A stretch of DNA of 57,958 bases. Origin: Chloroflexi bacterium HGW-Chloroflexi-9 (lineage in GTDB: Bacteria; Chloroflexota; Dehalococcoidia; UBA2979). The notes under the pieces are model-generated. The model had not been told where the DNA came from. It made no database searches and was given only the letters and a program-made list of their open reading frames with translations. Below are positions 37,942-48,088 of this stretch, piece after piece (the first letter of the stretch is position 1; every line of letters starts with the position of its first letter). The position numbers and the translations under genes are program-made. The stretch spans positions 1-57,958 of the forward strand of contig PHBR01000001.1 in assembly GCA_002840675.1 (NCBI GenBank), given 5' to 3'.

Positions 37942-38310
37942 ATGATCACCACCGCCCTACCTGGCACCAGAGGCGTGCTGCTCCTGGGCTCCGCCATGGC
38001 CGTTGTTGCCGGGCTTGTCTACCTGGCGATCGCGGGCGGCATGGTCGCGGACGACTTCCAGTCGCCACCGCGCCCGCTCATGGCCATCGCCGGGGCGATC
38101 TACCTCGGCGGGGCCGGCGCCATGCACTTCGTGAACCGCCGCTTGCTCCTCGTGGGCGCGGTGCTCAACGGCGTGGTGCTGGTGCTCTTCCTGCTCTCCG
38201 CGGCGCGAGACAACGCGACGGTCGATGCCCTCAGCCTCGCCGGGAAGGCCGCGCAGGTCGCCCTCGGTGTGGCGCTGGTACTGGCGTGGCGCAGGAGCGG
38301 ACCGCGCTGA
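37942..38310 (+). CDS. Small membrane protein
   Basis: GAGG RBS; four hydrophobic segments. Confidence 0.65.
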   Translation: MITTALPGTRGVLLLGSAMAVVAGLVYLAIAGGMVADDFQSPPRPLMAIAGAIYLGGAGAMHFVNRRLLLVGAVLNGVVLVLFLLSAARDNATVDALSLAGKAAQVALGVALVLAWRRSGPR

Positions 38311-38323
38311 CGGCCGGCGTCGG

Positions 38324-39076
38324 CTAGGCGGGCGGTGCGACCGAGAGGCGGCCCTGCACACCGTGCTTCGCGATCAGGCCGGCGACGAAGCCGGAGGCCT
38401 TTGCCTCTTCGACGAATGCGCGGAGGAAGTCCGCACCCGCCACGTTCGCCTTCACGGTGCCGACGGCCTGCTGCACCGCCGCGAACTGGCCATCAAGGAC
38501 GCGCGCACCGGGGAGGTTCTGGACATCCTCGGCCAGGCCGGGGCGCAGGCCGGCGTACGCCTCCAGGCCGTTGGCCGCGAAGTGCTCGAACACGTTCTGG
38601 CCGGCCTCCAGCCGGACGAGCGTGGCGTGCCTGATGTTGCGTTCGAGCCACAGGCCGTAGGCACTGCGCGCCGAGACCGCGATCCGCACCCCGGGCCGGT
38701 CCACCTCCGCGATGGTCGTGATCGAGGATTCCGGCGGCACCAGGTAGGTCGCCTCGATCTCGACGTAGGCGGGGCTGAACTCGATCTGCTCCGCGCGCTG
38801 CGGCTCCGCGCCGATGAGAGCGATGTCCCAGGTGTTGGTGCCGGCGGCATCGGCGACCTCGCCGGGCGACTTGAAGGGGAGCAGTTGCAGCGGCACGCCG
38901 AGGCGGGTGGCGATGGCCCGCGCCATGTCCGGCGAGACCCCATCCGGGTCACCCTCCGCGGTGCGGCCGGTGATGAGGAGGAAGTTGCCCATGTTCACGC
39001 CGGCGCGCAGCACGCCGGTGGGCGCCAGTTCCGCCTTCGCCGCGTCGGAGAGTGGGACGCCCGAGAAGTTGACCAT
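38324..39076 (-). CDS. Family 3 solute-binding-like protein (stand-alone)
   Basis: LAPTGVLRAGVNMGN, GVSPDMARAIA and DRPGVRIAV...SAY. Confidence 0.85.
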   Translation of the reverse strand: MVNFSGVPLSDAAKAELAPTGVLRAGVNMGNFLLITGRTAEGDPDGVSPDMARAIATRLGVPLQLLPFKSPGEVADAAGTNTWDIALIGAEPQRAEQIEFSPAYVEIEATYLVPPESSITTIAEVDRPGVRIAVSARSAYGLWLERNIRHATLVRLEAGQNVFEHFAANGLEAYAGLRPGLAEDVQNLPGARVLDGQFAAVQQAVGTVKANVAGADFLRAFVEEAKASGFVAGLIAKHGVQGRLSVAPPA

Positions 39077-39191
39077 GGGCGGGAGTGTAGCGAGGCGTCG
39101 CGGCGGGTGATGCTAGCGTGACGCCGGACGGCGTGTAATGACCTGTCACGACTCAGCGCCCCCACCTTGGGCGCAAGGGCGAAGGAGTGCC

Positions 39192-39569
39192 ATGAACATC
39201 TTCAGGTTGAGCCTCGGGCTACTGGTCGCCACCATCCTCGTGGTCGTCGGTGCTCAGAACACCCAGTCGGTGGCGTTCCACTTCCTGTTCTGGGAGACGC
39301 GTTCAATGCCGGTGGTGCTCGCGCTGGCGCTCGCCGTCTTCCTCGGCGCGCTCCTCGCCTGGATCGTCTCGATCCCCGGGCGCTACCGGGGGATGCGAAG
39401 CCACCGCGACCTGCAGCACCGCGCCGAGCACGCCGAGGAGGCGGAGCGGGCCGGGCACGCCCAGCAGCTTGAGCGTGCGGCGCAGGACGAGCGAACCGCG
39501 AAGGAAGAGCAGGCAGCACAGGCGGAACGCGCTGCCGCTGAGCAGGCAAAGGAGAAGGCGGAGGGCTAG
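39192..39569 (+). CDS. LapA/DUF1049 family membrane protein
   Basis: AQNTQSVAFHFLFW motif between two TM segments; charged helical tail. Confidence 0.75.
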   Translation: MNIFRLSLGLLVATILVVVGAQNTQSVAFHFLFWETRSMPVVLALALAVFLGALLAWIVSIPGRYRGMRSHRDLQHRAEHAEEAERAGHAQQLERAAQDERTAKEEQAAQAERAAAEQAKEKAEG

Positions 39570-39653
39570 GGCGCCCTCCCTCCCTGCCCCCCGTGCGGCT
39601 CAGCCTGCGCCCTCCATACACTGGACGCAGCGCCGAGGTGGAGCAGGAGCCCG

Positions 39654-40184
39654 ATGTCCGAAAGCACCCTCTCCCTGATCCTGGCCTCGGGGTCGCTTCT
39701 CGTCCTGTTCACCTCGCTCGTGGCGGTGCTGGGGGTCGGCGCGCCGGGCGCGGTGAGCCTGCGGCGGCTGGTCCTCACCCGGGGGACGTGGCTCTCGTTC
39801 GCCATCGCCGCGATCGCCGTGAGCGGCTCGCTCTACTACTCGGAGGTCGCGCACTTCGTCCCGTGCACGCTCTGCTGGTATCAGCGAATCGCGATGTACC
39901 CGCTCGCTATCGTGCTGCTGGTCGCGGCGGTCACGCGCGACCAGCGCCCCGCGCGATACATCGTGCCCATCGCGGCGGCCGGGCTGCTCGTCTCCCTCTA
40001 CCACTACCAACTGGAGTTGTTCCCGGAGCAGGCGACCATGTGCACCAGTGGCGTGCCGTGCTCCTTCCGCTATGTGGAGGAGTTCGGGTTCATCTCCATC
40101 CCGTTCATGGCGGGTGTCGGGTTCATCTCCATCCTCGCGCTGCAGGCGGCCACCTGGCGCGCTCGCCGCGTCCGCGGCGTCTGA
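39654..40184 (+). CDS. Disulfide bond formation protein B (DsbB/BdbC family)
   Basis: GSLYYSEV...PCTLCWYQRIAMYPL and a second Cys pair. Confidence 0.9.
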   Translation: MSESTLSLILASGSLLVLFTSLVAVLGVGAPGAVSLRRLVLTRGTWLSFAIAAIAVSGSLYYSEVAHFVPCTLCWYQRIAMYPLAIVLLVAAVTRDQRPARYIVPIAAAGLLVSLYHYQLELFPEQATMCTSGVPCSFRYVEEFGFISIPFMAGVGFISILALQAATWRARRVRGV

Positions 40185-40203
40185 CGCGCCACCGACCAAT
40201 CGG

Positions 40204-41304
40204 CTAGCGGATCCCGGAGTCCAGTCGTACCTCAAACCAGGTGCGCTGGTTCGGCGGGACGACGATGGTCTGCGCCGCCATGCTCGGCATGACGGGCGAA
40301 CCGGGCGCGAGGTTCACCTCGTACGTCCCGACCGGCAGGTCGATCGTGAAGCGGCCGCCGATCGTCTGGACCCTCCCCCGCTCGCTGCCACCCTGGCCGA
40401 AGGTGAGCGTCACGTCCGCGAGCCGATCTGGGCAGTTCTGGCCCTCCTGCACGACCGGACAGGCCGGCCCGCTCCACACGACGCCCGCCGCGCCGCTCCC
40501 AGCGGCAGGCGGCGAGGCGGTCGGGATGTCGATCACGATGCGCGCAGGGGCCTGGAGGATGAACATCCGGAACGGCGTCTCCTCGTCCAGCCCGAGCAGC
40601 CAGGTCACATGGCCCTCGAAGCCGCAGATCTCGCGTGCCTCCTTGATCGCCGGCAGCCCCGGCGTCAGGGTGCGCGTGGGGATCGTCATCTCGCCGGCCT
40701 CGTTGTGGATGCGGGCGTTGGTCAGGTGGAGGCGCAGCGTCGCGTTCCCCGCCACCGTGACCGGCGCGCCCTGGCCGCACGTGAACTGTGTGTCGGTCAC
40801 GTACTCGACCGCGTAGGTCGGGATGACGTCCTCTTCGAACTCCACCACGAACCGGTCGTAGCCGGCGTGCGAGGCGGCACGCACGTCGCTCTGCTCGGCG
40901 AAGCCCCCGCTTCCGTCGCCGACCGCATCGAGGAGCACGAAGTCGCCCTCCAGGATGACCTCGCAGCGCACGAGGAAGAGCTGTCCAGCCGGGAGGGTGA
41001 CCGGGAAGCCCGCGTTCACGAAGGCAGGCGCGCCCGCCGTGTACAGCCGCGCGCTGCCGTCTACATAGATGACGAGCGCGCGCACGCCGCATCCCTGGAC
41101 GCGCAGGGCGGCTGCCAGGTCGGCGCTCGATGTCGCCGCAGTCACCGCCAGCAGCGCGACGCCCTCAGCGGGAAGATCGCCGGAGAACGGCGGCACCTGT
41201 GCGCTCGCCGTCTGCTTACCCGGGACGGACCCACTCATCACGCCGATGACGAGGATCGCAGCGAGTGTGAAGGGACGGAGCGCGCGTACAAGCACATGTG
41301 ACAT
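40204..41304 (-). CDS. Secreted multidomain protein with AMIN-like domain
   Basis: Signal peptide; DVRAASHAGYDRFVVEF...FEGHVTWLLGL...PARIVIDI; C-terminal GPACPV...CPD module. Confidence 0.7.
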   Translation of the reverse strand: MSHVLVRALRPFTLAAILVIGVMSGSVPGKQTASAQVPPFSGDLPAEGVALLAVTAATSSADLAAALRVQGCGVRALVIYVDGSARLYTAGAPAFVNAGFPVTLPAGQLFLVRCEVILEGDFVLLDAVGDGSGGFAEQSDVRAASHAGYDRFVVEFEEDVIPTYAVEYVTDTQFTCGQGAPVTVAGNATLRLHLTNARIHNEAGEMTIPTRTLTPGLPAIKEAREICGFEGHVTWLLGLDEETPFRMFILQAPARIVIDIPTASPPAAGSGAAGVVWSGPACPVVQEGQNCPDRLADVTLTFGQGGSERGRVQTIGGRFTIDLPVGTYEVNLAPGSPVMPSMAAQTIVVPPNQRTWFEVRLDSGIR

Positions 41305-41512
41305 GACAGCCCTCGATCGTCTGCAACGACGCCGCGCCAGGCGGGCCGTCACGAACCGGGAATCGCCCTCGGCGAGGAGGTCGTAGCAAAGAGGCTACTC
41401 CGCCACGCCGGAGGCGCGCCGACGGCGCTCGGGGAATCTGCTTGCCGCAACGCGGCGTACAGGTCGTATCCTTCCCGCATCGGCAACGGAGGAACGGAAG
41501 GCGCCAGCCCTC

Positions 41513-42451
41513 GTGAGTGACCTGCGCATCAGCCAGCAGCCCGCGCTCCGCCGTCCCCTGCTCATCGCCGGGTTCGCCGGGTGGAATGACGCCGGTGAGG
41601 CGGCCAGCAGCGCCGTGCGGTTCATCCACCGTCGCTGGCGCTGTGAGGCGATCGCGGAGATCGACCCGGAGAACTTCTACGACTTCACGCAGATGCGGCC
41701 GCAGGTGCGCCTCCGCAACGGCGAGCGCTTCATCGAGTGGCCGCCGAACACCTTCTCCGCGAAGCGCGTGGACCACCTGGAGCGGGACGTGATCCTGTTC
41801 CAGGGCGTGGAGCCGCACCTCGCCTGGAAGACCTACGTCGAGACAATCCTGGAGGTCTGCCGGACGTTCGAGGTCTCGGGCGTCCTGATCCTCGGTGCGC
41901 TGCTGTCGGAGGCGAGCCACGCCCGACCGGTGCGCGTCAGCGGCTCCGCGACCGACCCGGAGCTGGCGAGGATGCTTGGCCTGGACGAGCGCAGCCGCTC
42001 CACCTACCAGGGCCCCACGGGCATCGTCGGGATCCTCTCGCAGGCGGTGAAGGACGCGGGCATCCCCATGGCCTCCATGTGGGCGAACATCCCGTTCTAC
42101 ATCCAGCGCTCTCCGAACCCGAAGGGCTCGCTCGCCCTCCTCGACCGGATCAACTCCGGCCTGGACTTCGGCCTCACGCTCCACGACCTGGAGGTGTTCG
42201 CCGCGCGCTTCGAGGCGCAGGTGGCCGCCGACATCGAGACCAACCCGGAGGTCGCGGAGTACGCGCGCCGGGTCATGGACGACGCCGATGACGAGGACGA
42301 CGAGGAAGAGGGCATCATCGACGACGACCTCCGGGACGAGATCGATGAGGCTGCCGACGCCGGCGCCGAGCTCCCCGATGCCGCCTCGATGGTGGACGAA
42401 CTCGAGCGCTTCCTGCGCGAGCAGCGCGGCGACCGCGGCAGCGACGCCTAG
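41513..42451 (+). CDS. PAC2 (proteasome assembly chaperone) family protein
   Basis: GFAGWNDAGEAAS, YDFTQMRP, GVEP..AW, YQGPTGIVG and an acidic tail. Confidence 0.88.
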   Translation: MSDLRISQQPALRRPLLIAGFAGWNDAGEAASSAVRFIHRRWRCEAIAEIDPENFYDFTQMRPQVRLRNGERFIEWPPNTFSAKRVDHLERDVILFQGVEPHLAWKTYVETILEVCRTFEVSGVLILGALLSEASHARPVRVSGSATDPELARMLGLDERSRSTYQGPTGIVGILSQAVKDAGIPMASMWANIPFYIQRSPNPKGSLALLDRINSGLDFGLTLHDLEVFAARFEAQVAADIETNPEVAEYARRVMDDADDEDDEEEGIIDDDLRDEIDEAADAGAELPDAASMVDELERFLREQRGDRGSDA

Positions 42452-42541
42452 AGCCTCGCTTCGTCACCACATCCGGTATCGCTCAGGTACTTGAGCGAAT
42501 CCCGCCCCAGGGCGTATCCTCAGTGGAACGCCACCCGCGTT

Positions 42542-42575
42542 GTCTTTAACTCGGTCCAGTGAGGCCGGGAAGGAA
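42542..42575 (+). promoter_or_regulatory. PyrR-binding RNA element
   Basis: CTTTAA...GGTCCAGTGAGGCC...AAGGA matches the PyrR binding-loop consensus (CUUUAA, RUCCNGNGAGGY). Confidence 0.9.
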
Positions 42576-42641
42576 CGCTCCAGATGCTGCACGCGCTCGG
42601 TCGCGCACGCCTCCACACCCCCCACCCTGGCACCGCCGTTG

Positions 42642-42668
42642 CCTCCCCGTTCCCGGGGAGGTTTTGTT
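42642..42668 (+). terminator. Attenuator terminator of the pyr leader
   Basis: CCTCCCCG-ttcc-CGGGGAGG-TTTTGTT upstream of pyrR. Confidence 0.85.
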
Positions 42669-42707
42669 ATGTCCAGCGAGTCGCGCCCGCTTCTCAGGCG
42701 GTGCACT

Positions 42708-43253
42708 GTGGGTGACGTCGCCCCCATCCTGGACGCCGATGGTGTGCGCCGCGCGCTGCGCCGGCTCGCCCACGAGATCGTGGAGGCGAACCAGGGCACG
42801 CGCGACCTGGTGCTCGTCGGCATCCAGAGCGGCGGCGCCGTGCTGGCGCGCCGGCTGGTCGAGCAGATCGAGGAGTTCGAGGGCACCCGCCCGCCCCTCG
42901 GTGCAATCGACATCACCCTCCACCGCGACGACCTGGCGCAGCGCGGGCTGAACGCCGCGCCTCTGCCCTCCGACCTGCCGGACGTGGACGGGCGCGTGGT
43001 GGTGCTGGTGGACGACGTGCTGATGACCGGGCGCTCCGTCCGCGCCGCGATGGACGCGCTGAACGACTACGGGCGCCCGCGCGCCATCCGCCTGGCCGTC
43101 CTGGTGGACCGCGGGCACCGAGAACTCCCGATCCGCGCCGACATGGTCGGCAAGAACATCCCCACCGCGCGCGTGGACAACGTGCGCGTCCTGCTGGAGG
43201 AGGTGGACGGTCGCGACGCGGTCGTGATCGTCCCGGGAAGGGCTGACGTATGA
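42708..43253 (+). CDS. pyrR: Pyrimidine operon regulator / uracil phosphoribosyltransferase
   Basis: [23 protein letters not shown] and [19 protein letters not shown]. Confidence 0.95.
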   Translation: MGDVAPILDADGVRRALRRLAHEIVEANQGTRDLVLVGIQSGGAVLARRLVEQIEEFEGTRPPLGAIDITLHRDDLAQRGLNAAPLPSDLPDVDGRVVVLVDDVLMTGRSVRAAMDALNDYGRPRAIRLAVLVDRGHRELPIRADMVGKNIPTARVDNVRVLLEEVDGRDAVVIVPGRADV

Positions 43254-44296
43254 CTGCCCCTGCCGCAAGCACGAGCAACACCCCGCCCGCCGAGGCGACC
43301 CCGAACCGGGGGGCACCGGAGTGGAACCACCACCACGTCCTTGACCTGGACGATTTCTCCGTGCAGGAGATCGAGACCGTCCTGAACCTGGCCGACCGGA
43401 TGCGCGAGGTCCTGGACCGGCGCATCGCGCGCGTCCCGGCACTGCGCGGCTACACCATCGTCAACCTCTTCTACGAGCCCTCCACTCGTACCCGCGCCTC
43501 CTTCGAGCTGGCCGGGAAGGTGCTGGGCGCGGACGTGATCAGCGTCACCGCCAGCACCTCCTCCGTGGTCAAGGGCGAGTCGCTCATCGACACGGTGCGG
43601 ACGCTGCGCGCGATGCGTGTCGACGCGATGGTGATGCGCCACTCGATGGCCGGCACGCCCTATCTGGCGTCGGAGCACACTGACGCCTCGATCATCAACG
43701 CCGGCGACGGGGCGCACGCGCACCCGACGCAGGCACTGCTGGACCTGTACACGATCCGCAGCCACCTGGGCGACCTGCGCGGCAAGCGTGTCGTGATGGT
43801 GGGCGACATCGCCCACTCCCGCGTGGCGCGATCCGACATGTGGGGGCTCACCGCCCTCGGCGCGCAGGTCGTGGTCTGCGGCCCGCCGACACTCCTGCCA
43901 CGCGGCCTGCGTGCCAGCGACCGGCCGGCGCACGCGGAGTCGGCGCTGCCGCCCGTGACCGTGGAGACCGATATCGACCGGGCGATCGAGGGCGCAGACG
44001 TGGTGATGGCGCTGCGCCTCCAGAGCGAACGGCAGCAGGGCGGCCTGCTGCCCTCCCTCCACGAGTACGCGCGCCTGTACCAGGTGACGGCGGAGCGCCT
44101 GGCGCGGGCGAAGCCGAACCACCTGCTGATGCACCCCGGCCCCAAGAACGAGGGCACGGAGATCGCTGCCTCGGTCGCCGCGGGTGGCCACTCGATCATC
44201 GAAGAGCAGGTCACGAACGGCGTCGCCGTGCGGATGGCGCTGCTCTACCTGCTGTCAGGGCGCGAACTGCCATCGGATACCGGAGAGGCGCGCTGA
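43250..44296 (+). CDS. pyrB: Aspartate carbamoyltransferase
   Basis: [23 protein letters not shown] and MHPGP. Confidence 0.96.
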   Translation: MTAPAASTSNTPPAEATPNRGAPEWNHHHVLDLDDFSVQEIETVLNLADRMREVLDRRIARVPALRGYTIVNLFYEPSTRTRASFELAGKVLGADVISVTASTSSVVKGESLIDTVRTLRAMRVDAMVMRHSMAGTPYLASEHTDASIINAGDGAHAHPTQALLDLYTIRSHLGDLRGKRVVMVGDIAHSRVARSDMWGLTALGAQVVVCGPPTLLPRGLRASDRPAHAESALPPVTVETDIDRAIEGADVVMALRLQSERQQGGLLPSLHEYARLYQVTAERLARAKPNHLLMHPGPKNEGTEIAASVAAGGHSIIEEQVTNGVAVRMALLYLLSGRELPSDTGEAR

Positions 44297-45639
44297 TGCC
44301 CACGCTGGCGATTCACAACGGCCGGGTCATCGACCCTGCCCTCGGGCGCGACGGCATCGCCGATGTCGTGATCGTGGACGGGCGGATATCCCGAGTCGGC
44401 CCGAACGAGGGCGACATGGTCGTGGAGGCGGAACGCATCGATGCGACGGGGCTGATCGTCTCGCCCGGCTTCGTCGACCTGCACACGCACCTGCGCGAGC
44501 CCGGCTTCGAATACAAGGAGACCATCGCCACCGGCACGCTGGCGGCGGCGCGTGGCGGCTACACCACCGTCTGCGCCATGCCCAACACCTCGCCCGCCCT
44601 CGACAGCCGCTCGGCCATCGAGTCCGTGCTGCGGGAGGCGGAGTCCACCGGCCGGGTGCGGGTGCTGCCGATCGGCTGCATCACGGTGGGTCGCAAGGGC
44701 CAGGAACTGGCCCCGCAGGGCGAACTGGTGGAGGCGGGCGCGGTCGCGATCTCGGACGACGGCGATGCCGTCGCCGACCCGAGCCTGATGCGCCACGCCC
44801 TCGCCTACTCGACCCGGTTCGGCCTCCCCGTCGCGCAGCACTGCGAGGACCCGAGCCTGGTCCGCGACGGGCAGATGCACGAGGGCTGGGTCGCGACCCG
44901 CCTCGGCCTGCGCGGCCGCCCCGCGAGCGCGGAGGAGACGATGGTGGCGCGTGACATCGCGCTGGCCGAGCTCTCCGGCGCGCACCTGCACATCTGCCAC
45001 ATCTCGACCGCCGGCTCGGTCGCCCTCGTCGCGGCTGCCCGCGCCAGGGGCGCCCGCGTGACGGCGGAGGTCACGCCTCACCACCTGACGCTGACCCACG
45101 AGGAGGTCGCGTTCGCGGAGGACTATCGGAGCATCCGCTACAACACCAGCGCGAAGGTGAACCCCCCGCTCCGCGAGGAGGCCGACCTGGTCGCGCTGGG
45201 CGAGGCGCTCCGCGACGGCATCATCGACGCGATCGCGACCGACCACGCGCCGCACGCCACCAGTGACAAAGAGATCGAGTTCAACCTGGCGTCGCCGGGC
45301 CTCACCATGCTCGAGACCGCATTCGGCCTGAGCATGCGGCTCGTGCACGACGGCGTGCTGACGCTGCCGGTGCTGATCGAGCGCATGACGGCGGGCCCCG
45401 TGCGGGCCTGGCGGCTGGACGAACGCCCGGGTCTCGCCGGCCTCGGGTCGCTGGCCCCCGGTGCGCCGGCGGACGTGGTCATCCTGGACCCGAACGCGGA
45501 GTGGCCCGTGGAGCCGGAGCGGTTCGCCTCCAAGGGGAAGAACACACCCCTCGGCGGGCGGACGCTGCGAGGGCGCGTGCTGGCCACGGTGTACGGCGGC
45601 CAGTTGGTGTACGAGACCGAGCGCGTCGGCGCCTACTAG
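44296..45639 (+). CDS. pyrC: Dihydroorotase
   Basis: DLHTHLREPG, MPNT, KVNPPLR and ATDHAPH. Confidence 0.95.
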   Translation: MPTLAIHNGRVIDPALGRDGIADVVIVDGRISRVGPNEGDMVVEAERIDATGLIVSPGFVDLHTHLREPGFEYKETIATGTLAAARGGYTTVCAMPNTSPALDSRSAIESVLREAESTGRVRVLPIGCITVGRKGQELAPQGELVEAGAVAISDDGDAVADPSLMRHALAYSTRFGLPVAQHCEDPSLVRDGQMHEGWVATRLGLRGRPASAEETMVARDIALAELSGAHLHICHISTAGSVALVAAARARGARVTAEVTPHHLTLTHEEVAFAEDYRSIRYNTSAKVNPPLREEADLVALGEALRDGIIDAIATDHAPHATSDKEIEFNLASPGLTMLETAFGLSMRLVHDGVLTLPVLIERMTAGPVRAWRLDERPGLAGLGSLAPGAPADVVILDPNAEWPVEPERFASKGKNTPLGGRTLRGRVLATVYGGQLVYETERVGAY

Positions 45640-45682
45640 CGCTGGCGCTTCCGAGGGAACGAGACGGACTGAAAGGGACCGC

Positions 45683-46837
45683 GTGAGCCTGCTGCACACC
45701 ACCGAGCGACCGCCTGCGCTGCTCGTCCTTGCTGATGGACGGGTGTTTCCGGGCGTGGGCGTGGGCGCCGATGTCCGCACGAACGGCGAGGTGGTCTTCA
45801 CCACCTCCATGACCGGCTACCAGGAGGCCCTCACCGACCCGTCCTTCCGCGGCCAGATCCTCACGATGACGTTCCCCCTGCAGGGGAACTACGGCACGAA
45901 TGCCTCCATGGAGGAGAGCGGCGAGATCCAGGTCCGCGGCTTCGTGGTGCGCGAGATGACCGACCTGCCCTCCCACTGGCATTCCACCGAGACCCTCCAC
46001 GCTTACCTCGCGGCGCGCGGCATCGCCGGCATCGCGGAGGTCGACACGCGCGCCCTCACCCGCCACCTGCGCTCACGCGGCGTGGTGATGGGTACGATCA
46101 CCCAGGACGAGACCGCCGAGGAGGCGCTGGCGAGGCTGCACGCTGCGCCGGACTACGCAACACTGGATTATGTCGCGGAGGTCTCCACGGCCACGGCCTA
46201 TGACTTCACCGACCCCCTGCACGCCCTCGGCCCGCAGCCGGACGGCGGGACGCCGCCCCACGTGGTGGTGCTGGACCTGGGCGTGAAGCGGAACATCATG
46301 CGCATCCTGCGCGCCCGGGGCTGCACCGTGACCGCGGTGCCCCACCTGACGGACGCGGAGACGATCCTCTCGCTGAAGCCGGACGGCGTGCTGCTCTCCC
46401 CCGGCCCCGGCGACCCGATGCTCCTGGACCACGTCACGACCACCGCTCGAGGCCTGATCGGCCGCACGCCCATCCTCGGGATTTGCCTCGGGCACCAGGT
46501 GATCGGACGGGTGCTGGGCGCTGACACGTATAAGTTGAAGTTCGGCCACCGTGGGGCGAACCACCCGGTGCGTGACGAGATCACCGGGAAGGTCTACATC
46601 ACTTCTCAGAACCACGGCTTCGCCGTGGACGGAGATCGGCTGAGCGACGACGCGCGGGTGACCCAGCGCCACCTGAACGACGGCACGGTCGAGGGCCTGG
46701 AGCACCGGAACGAACCGGTCTTCACCATCCAGTACCACTCGGAGGCATCACCCGGACCGAACGACACAGAATTCCTGTTCGACCGGTTCATGACCAGCGT
46801 GCGATCCTTGCGCGAGTCCGCTCGCGGTGGACGCTAG
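45683..46837 (+). CDS. carA: Carbamoyl-phosphate synthase small subunit
   Basis: GEVVFTTSMTGYQE, GPGDP, GICLGHQ, SQNHGF and QYHSEASPGP. Confidence 0.96.
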   Translation: MSLLHTTERPPALLVLADGRVFPGVGVGADVRTNGEVVFTTSMTGYQEALTDPSFRGQILTMTFPLQGNYGTNASMEESGEIQVRGFVVREMTDLPSHWHSTETLHAYLAARGIAGIAEVDTRALTRHLRSRGVVMGTITQDETAEEALARLHAAPDYATLDYVAEVSTATAYDFTDPLHALGPQPDGGTPPHVVVLDLGVKRNIMRILRARGCTVTAVPHLTDAETILSLKPDGVLLSPGPGDPMLLDHVTTTARGLIGRTPILGICLGHQVIGRVLGADTYKLKFGHRGANHPVRDEITGKVYITSQNHGFAVDGDRLSDDARVTQRHLNDGTVEGLEHRNEPVFTIQYHSEASPGPNDTEFLFDRFMTSVRSLRESARGGR

Positions 46838-46853
46838 GGAGACGGAGTCAGCC

Positions 46854-47327
46854 ATGCCAGGGATCGTCCGCAAGGCCACCAAGGCCGATGCGCCCCAGAT
46901 CGCGGAGATCATTGCGGAGTTGGTCCGCGAACCTCACCAGGGCGGCTTCCAGCGGGAGTGGACCGTTGCCGAGGTTGAGCAGTGGATGGACCGTCAGGGC
47001 GAAGACGGCGCCTTCTTCGTCGTGGAGGACCGCCACATCCTCGCCTTCGCCACGGTCGACTTCTCGTCCGACGAGCCGGACGCCGCCTCGTTCGGGGCAT
47101 ACGTGCGCGCGCAGAACCGGCGGCAGGGCCACGGTGCGGCGCTGGCCGATGAATGCATGGCGTTCGCCCGGCAGCGCGGCTACAAGCGCATCAAGGGGCG
47201 TCTCCCGGCGAACAACGAGCCGGCGCTCTCCTACCTCTCATCGGTGGGTGCGCTCGTGCCGCTGACCAACCCGGGGTCCAGCTTCGAGTTGCCGATCTAC
47301 CAGGACAGTGAGCGAGGGAACGCCTGA
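46854..47327 (+). CDS. GNAT family N-acetyltransferase
   Basis: VRKAT..D, YVRAQNRRQGHG (motif A) and NEPA. Confidence 0.8.
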   Translation: MPGIVRKATKADAPQIAEIIAELVREPHQGGFQREWTVAEVEQWMDRQGEDGAFFVVEDRHILAFATVDFSSDEPDAASFGAYVRAQNRRQGHGAALADECMAFARQRGYKRIKGRLPANNEPALSYLSSVGALVPLTNPGSSFELPIYQDSERGNA

Positions 47328-48088
47328 TGCCCACCGTGGACACCACCGCCGTCACCGAGGCCTACCGTGAGCAGCGCGAGCGCGAGTGGAACGCATTCGC
47401 GACCTCCCGTGAGCCGCTGCCGGACTACTGGGCCCGCTGGGACGAGCGCTCCTTCGGTTGGCGTGTGCCGGTCGAGTTCATCCAGCCGGTCGGGCTGGAG
47501 GCGCCGGATGTCCTCGCCAAGCTCGAGCCACTGATGGAGCAGCTCCGCGCGATGCCCGAGGTGGAAGTCGCCCCGATCCCGTGGCTGCACATCTCCTGGG
47601 TGCGCGTCGGCTTCCTGATGTCCACGGACATCATGTGGTCGCAGGTGGAGACGTTCTACGTGAACGCCGCCCCGCGGCTCCGCCGCGTGGAGCCGTTCAC
47701 GCTGAAGCTCGGCGGCATCTCCGTGGTCGATGGCGAACGCATCTACCTCGGCGCGGACGACGGCGGTATCTACCGCGACGCGCGCAAGCACGCCAAGCTG
47801 GGCGTCCCGAAGGTGGGCGAGGTGCTGAAGCACGACCCGCTCATCACGCCGGAGGGCGACCGCTACATGCCGCGCGTGGAGTTCGGCTTCTTCACCGGCC
47901 GCGGCAGCCGCGAGCGCGTGATCGAGGCGCTGGAGCCATACCGCGACCTGGTCGTGGGTGAGATCGCGCTGACGCACCTGAAGATGGCGCGCCTGCCGAT
48001 TCAGCCACACAGCCACTTTGAAGACCTGGACGTCGTCGCGGAGATCCCGATGCTGGGCGCGGCACACCGCGGGGGGTACCACAACTGA
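47327..48088 (+). CDS. 2H phosphoesterase-like protein with a degenerate second motif
   Basis: [15 protein letters not shown] and YMPRVEFG at the position of the usual FxPHxT. Confidence 0.55.
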   Translation: MPTVDTTAVTEAYREQREREWNAFATSREPLPDYWARWDERSFGWRVPVEFIQPVGLEAPDVLAKLEPLMEQLRAMPEVEVAPIPWLHISWVRVGFLMSTDIMWSQVETFYVNAAPRLRRVEPFTLKLGGISVVDGERIYLGADDGGIYRDARKHAKLGVPKVGEVLKHDPLITPEGDRYMPRVEFGFFTGRGSRERVIEALEPYRDLVVGEIALTHLKMARLPIQPHSHFEDLDVVAEIPMLGAAHRGGYHN

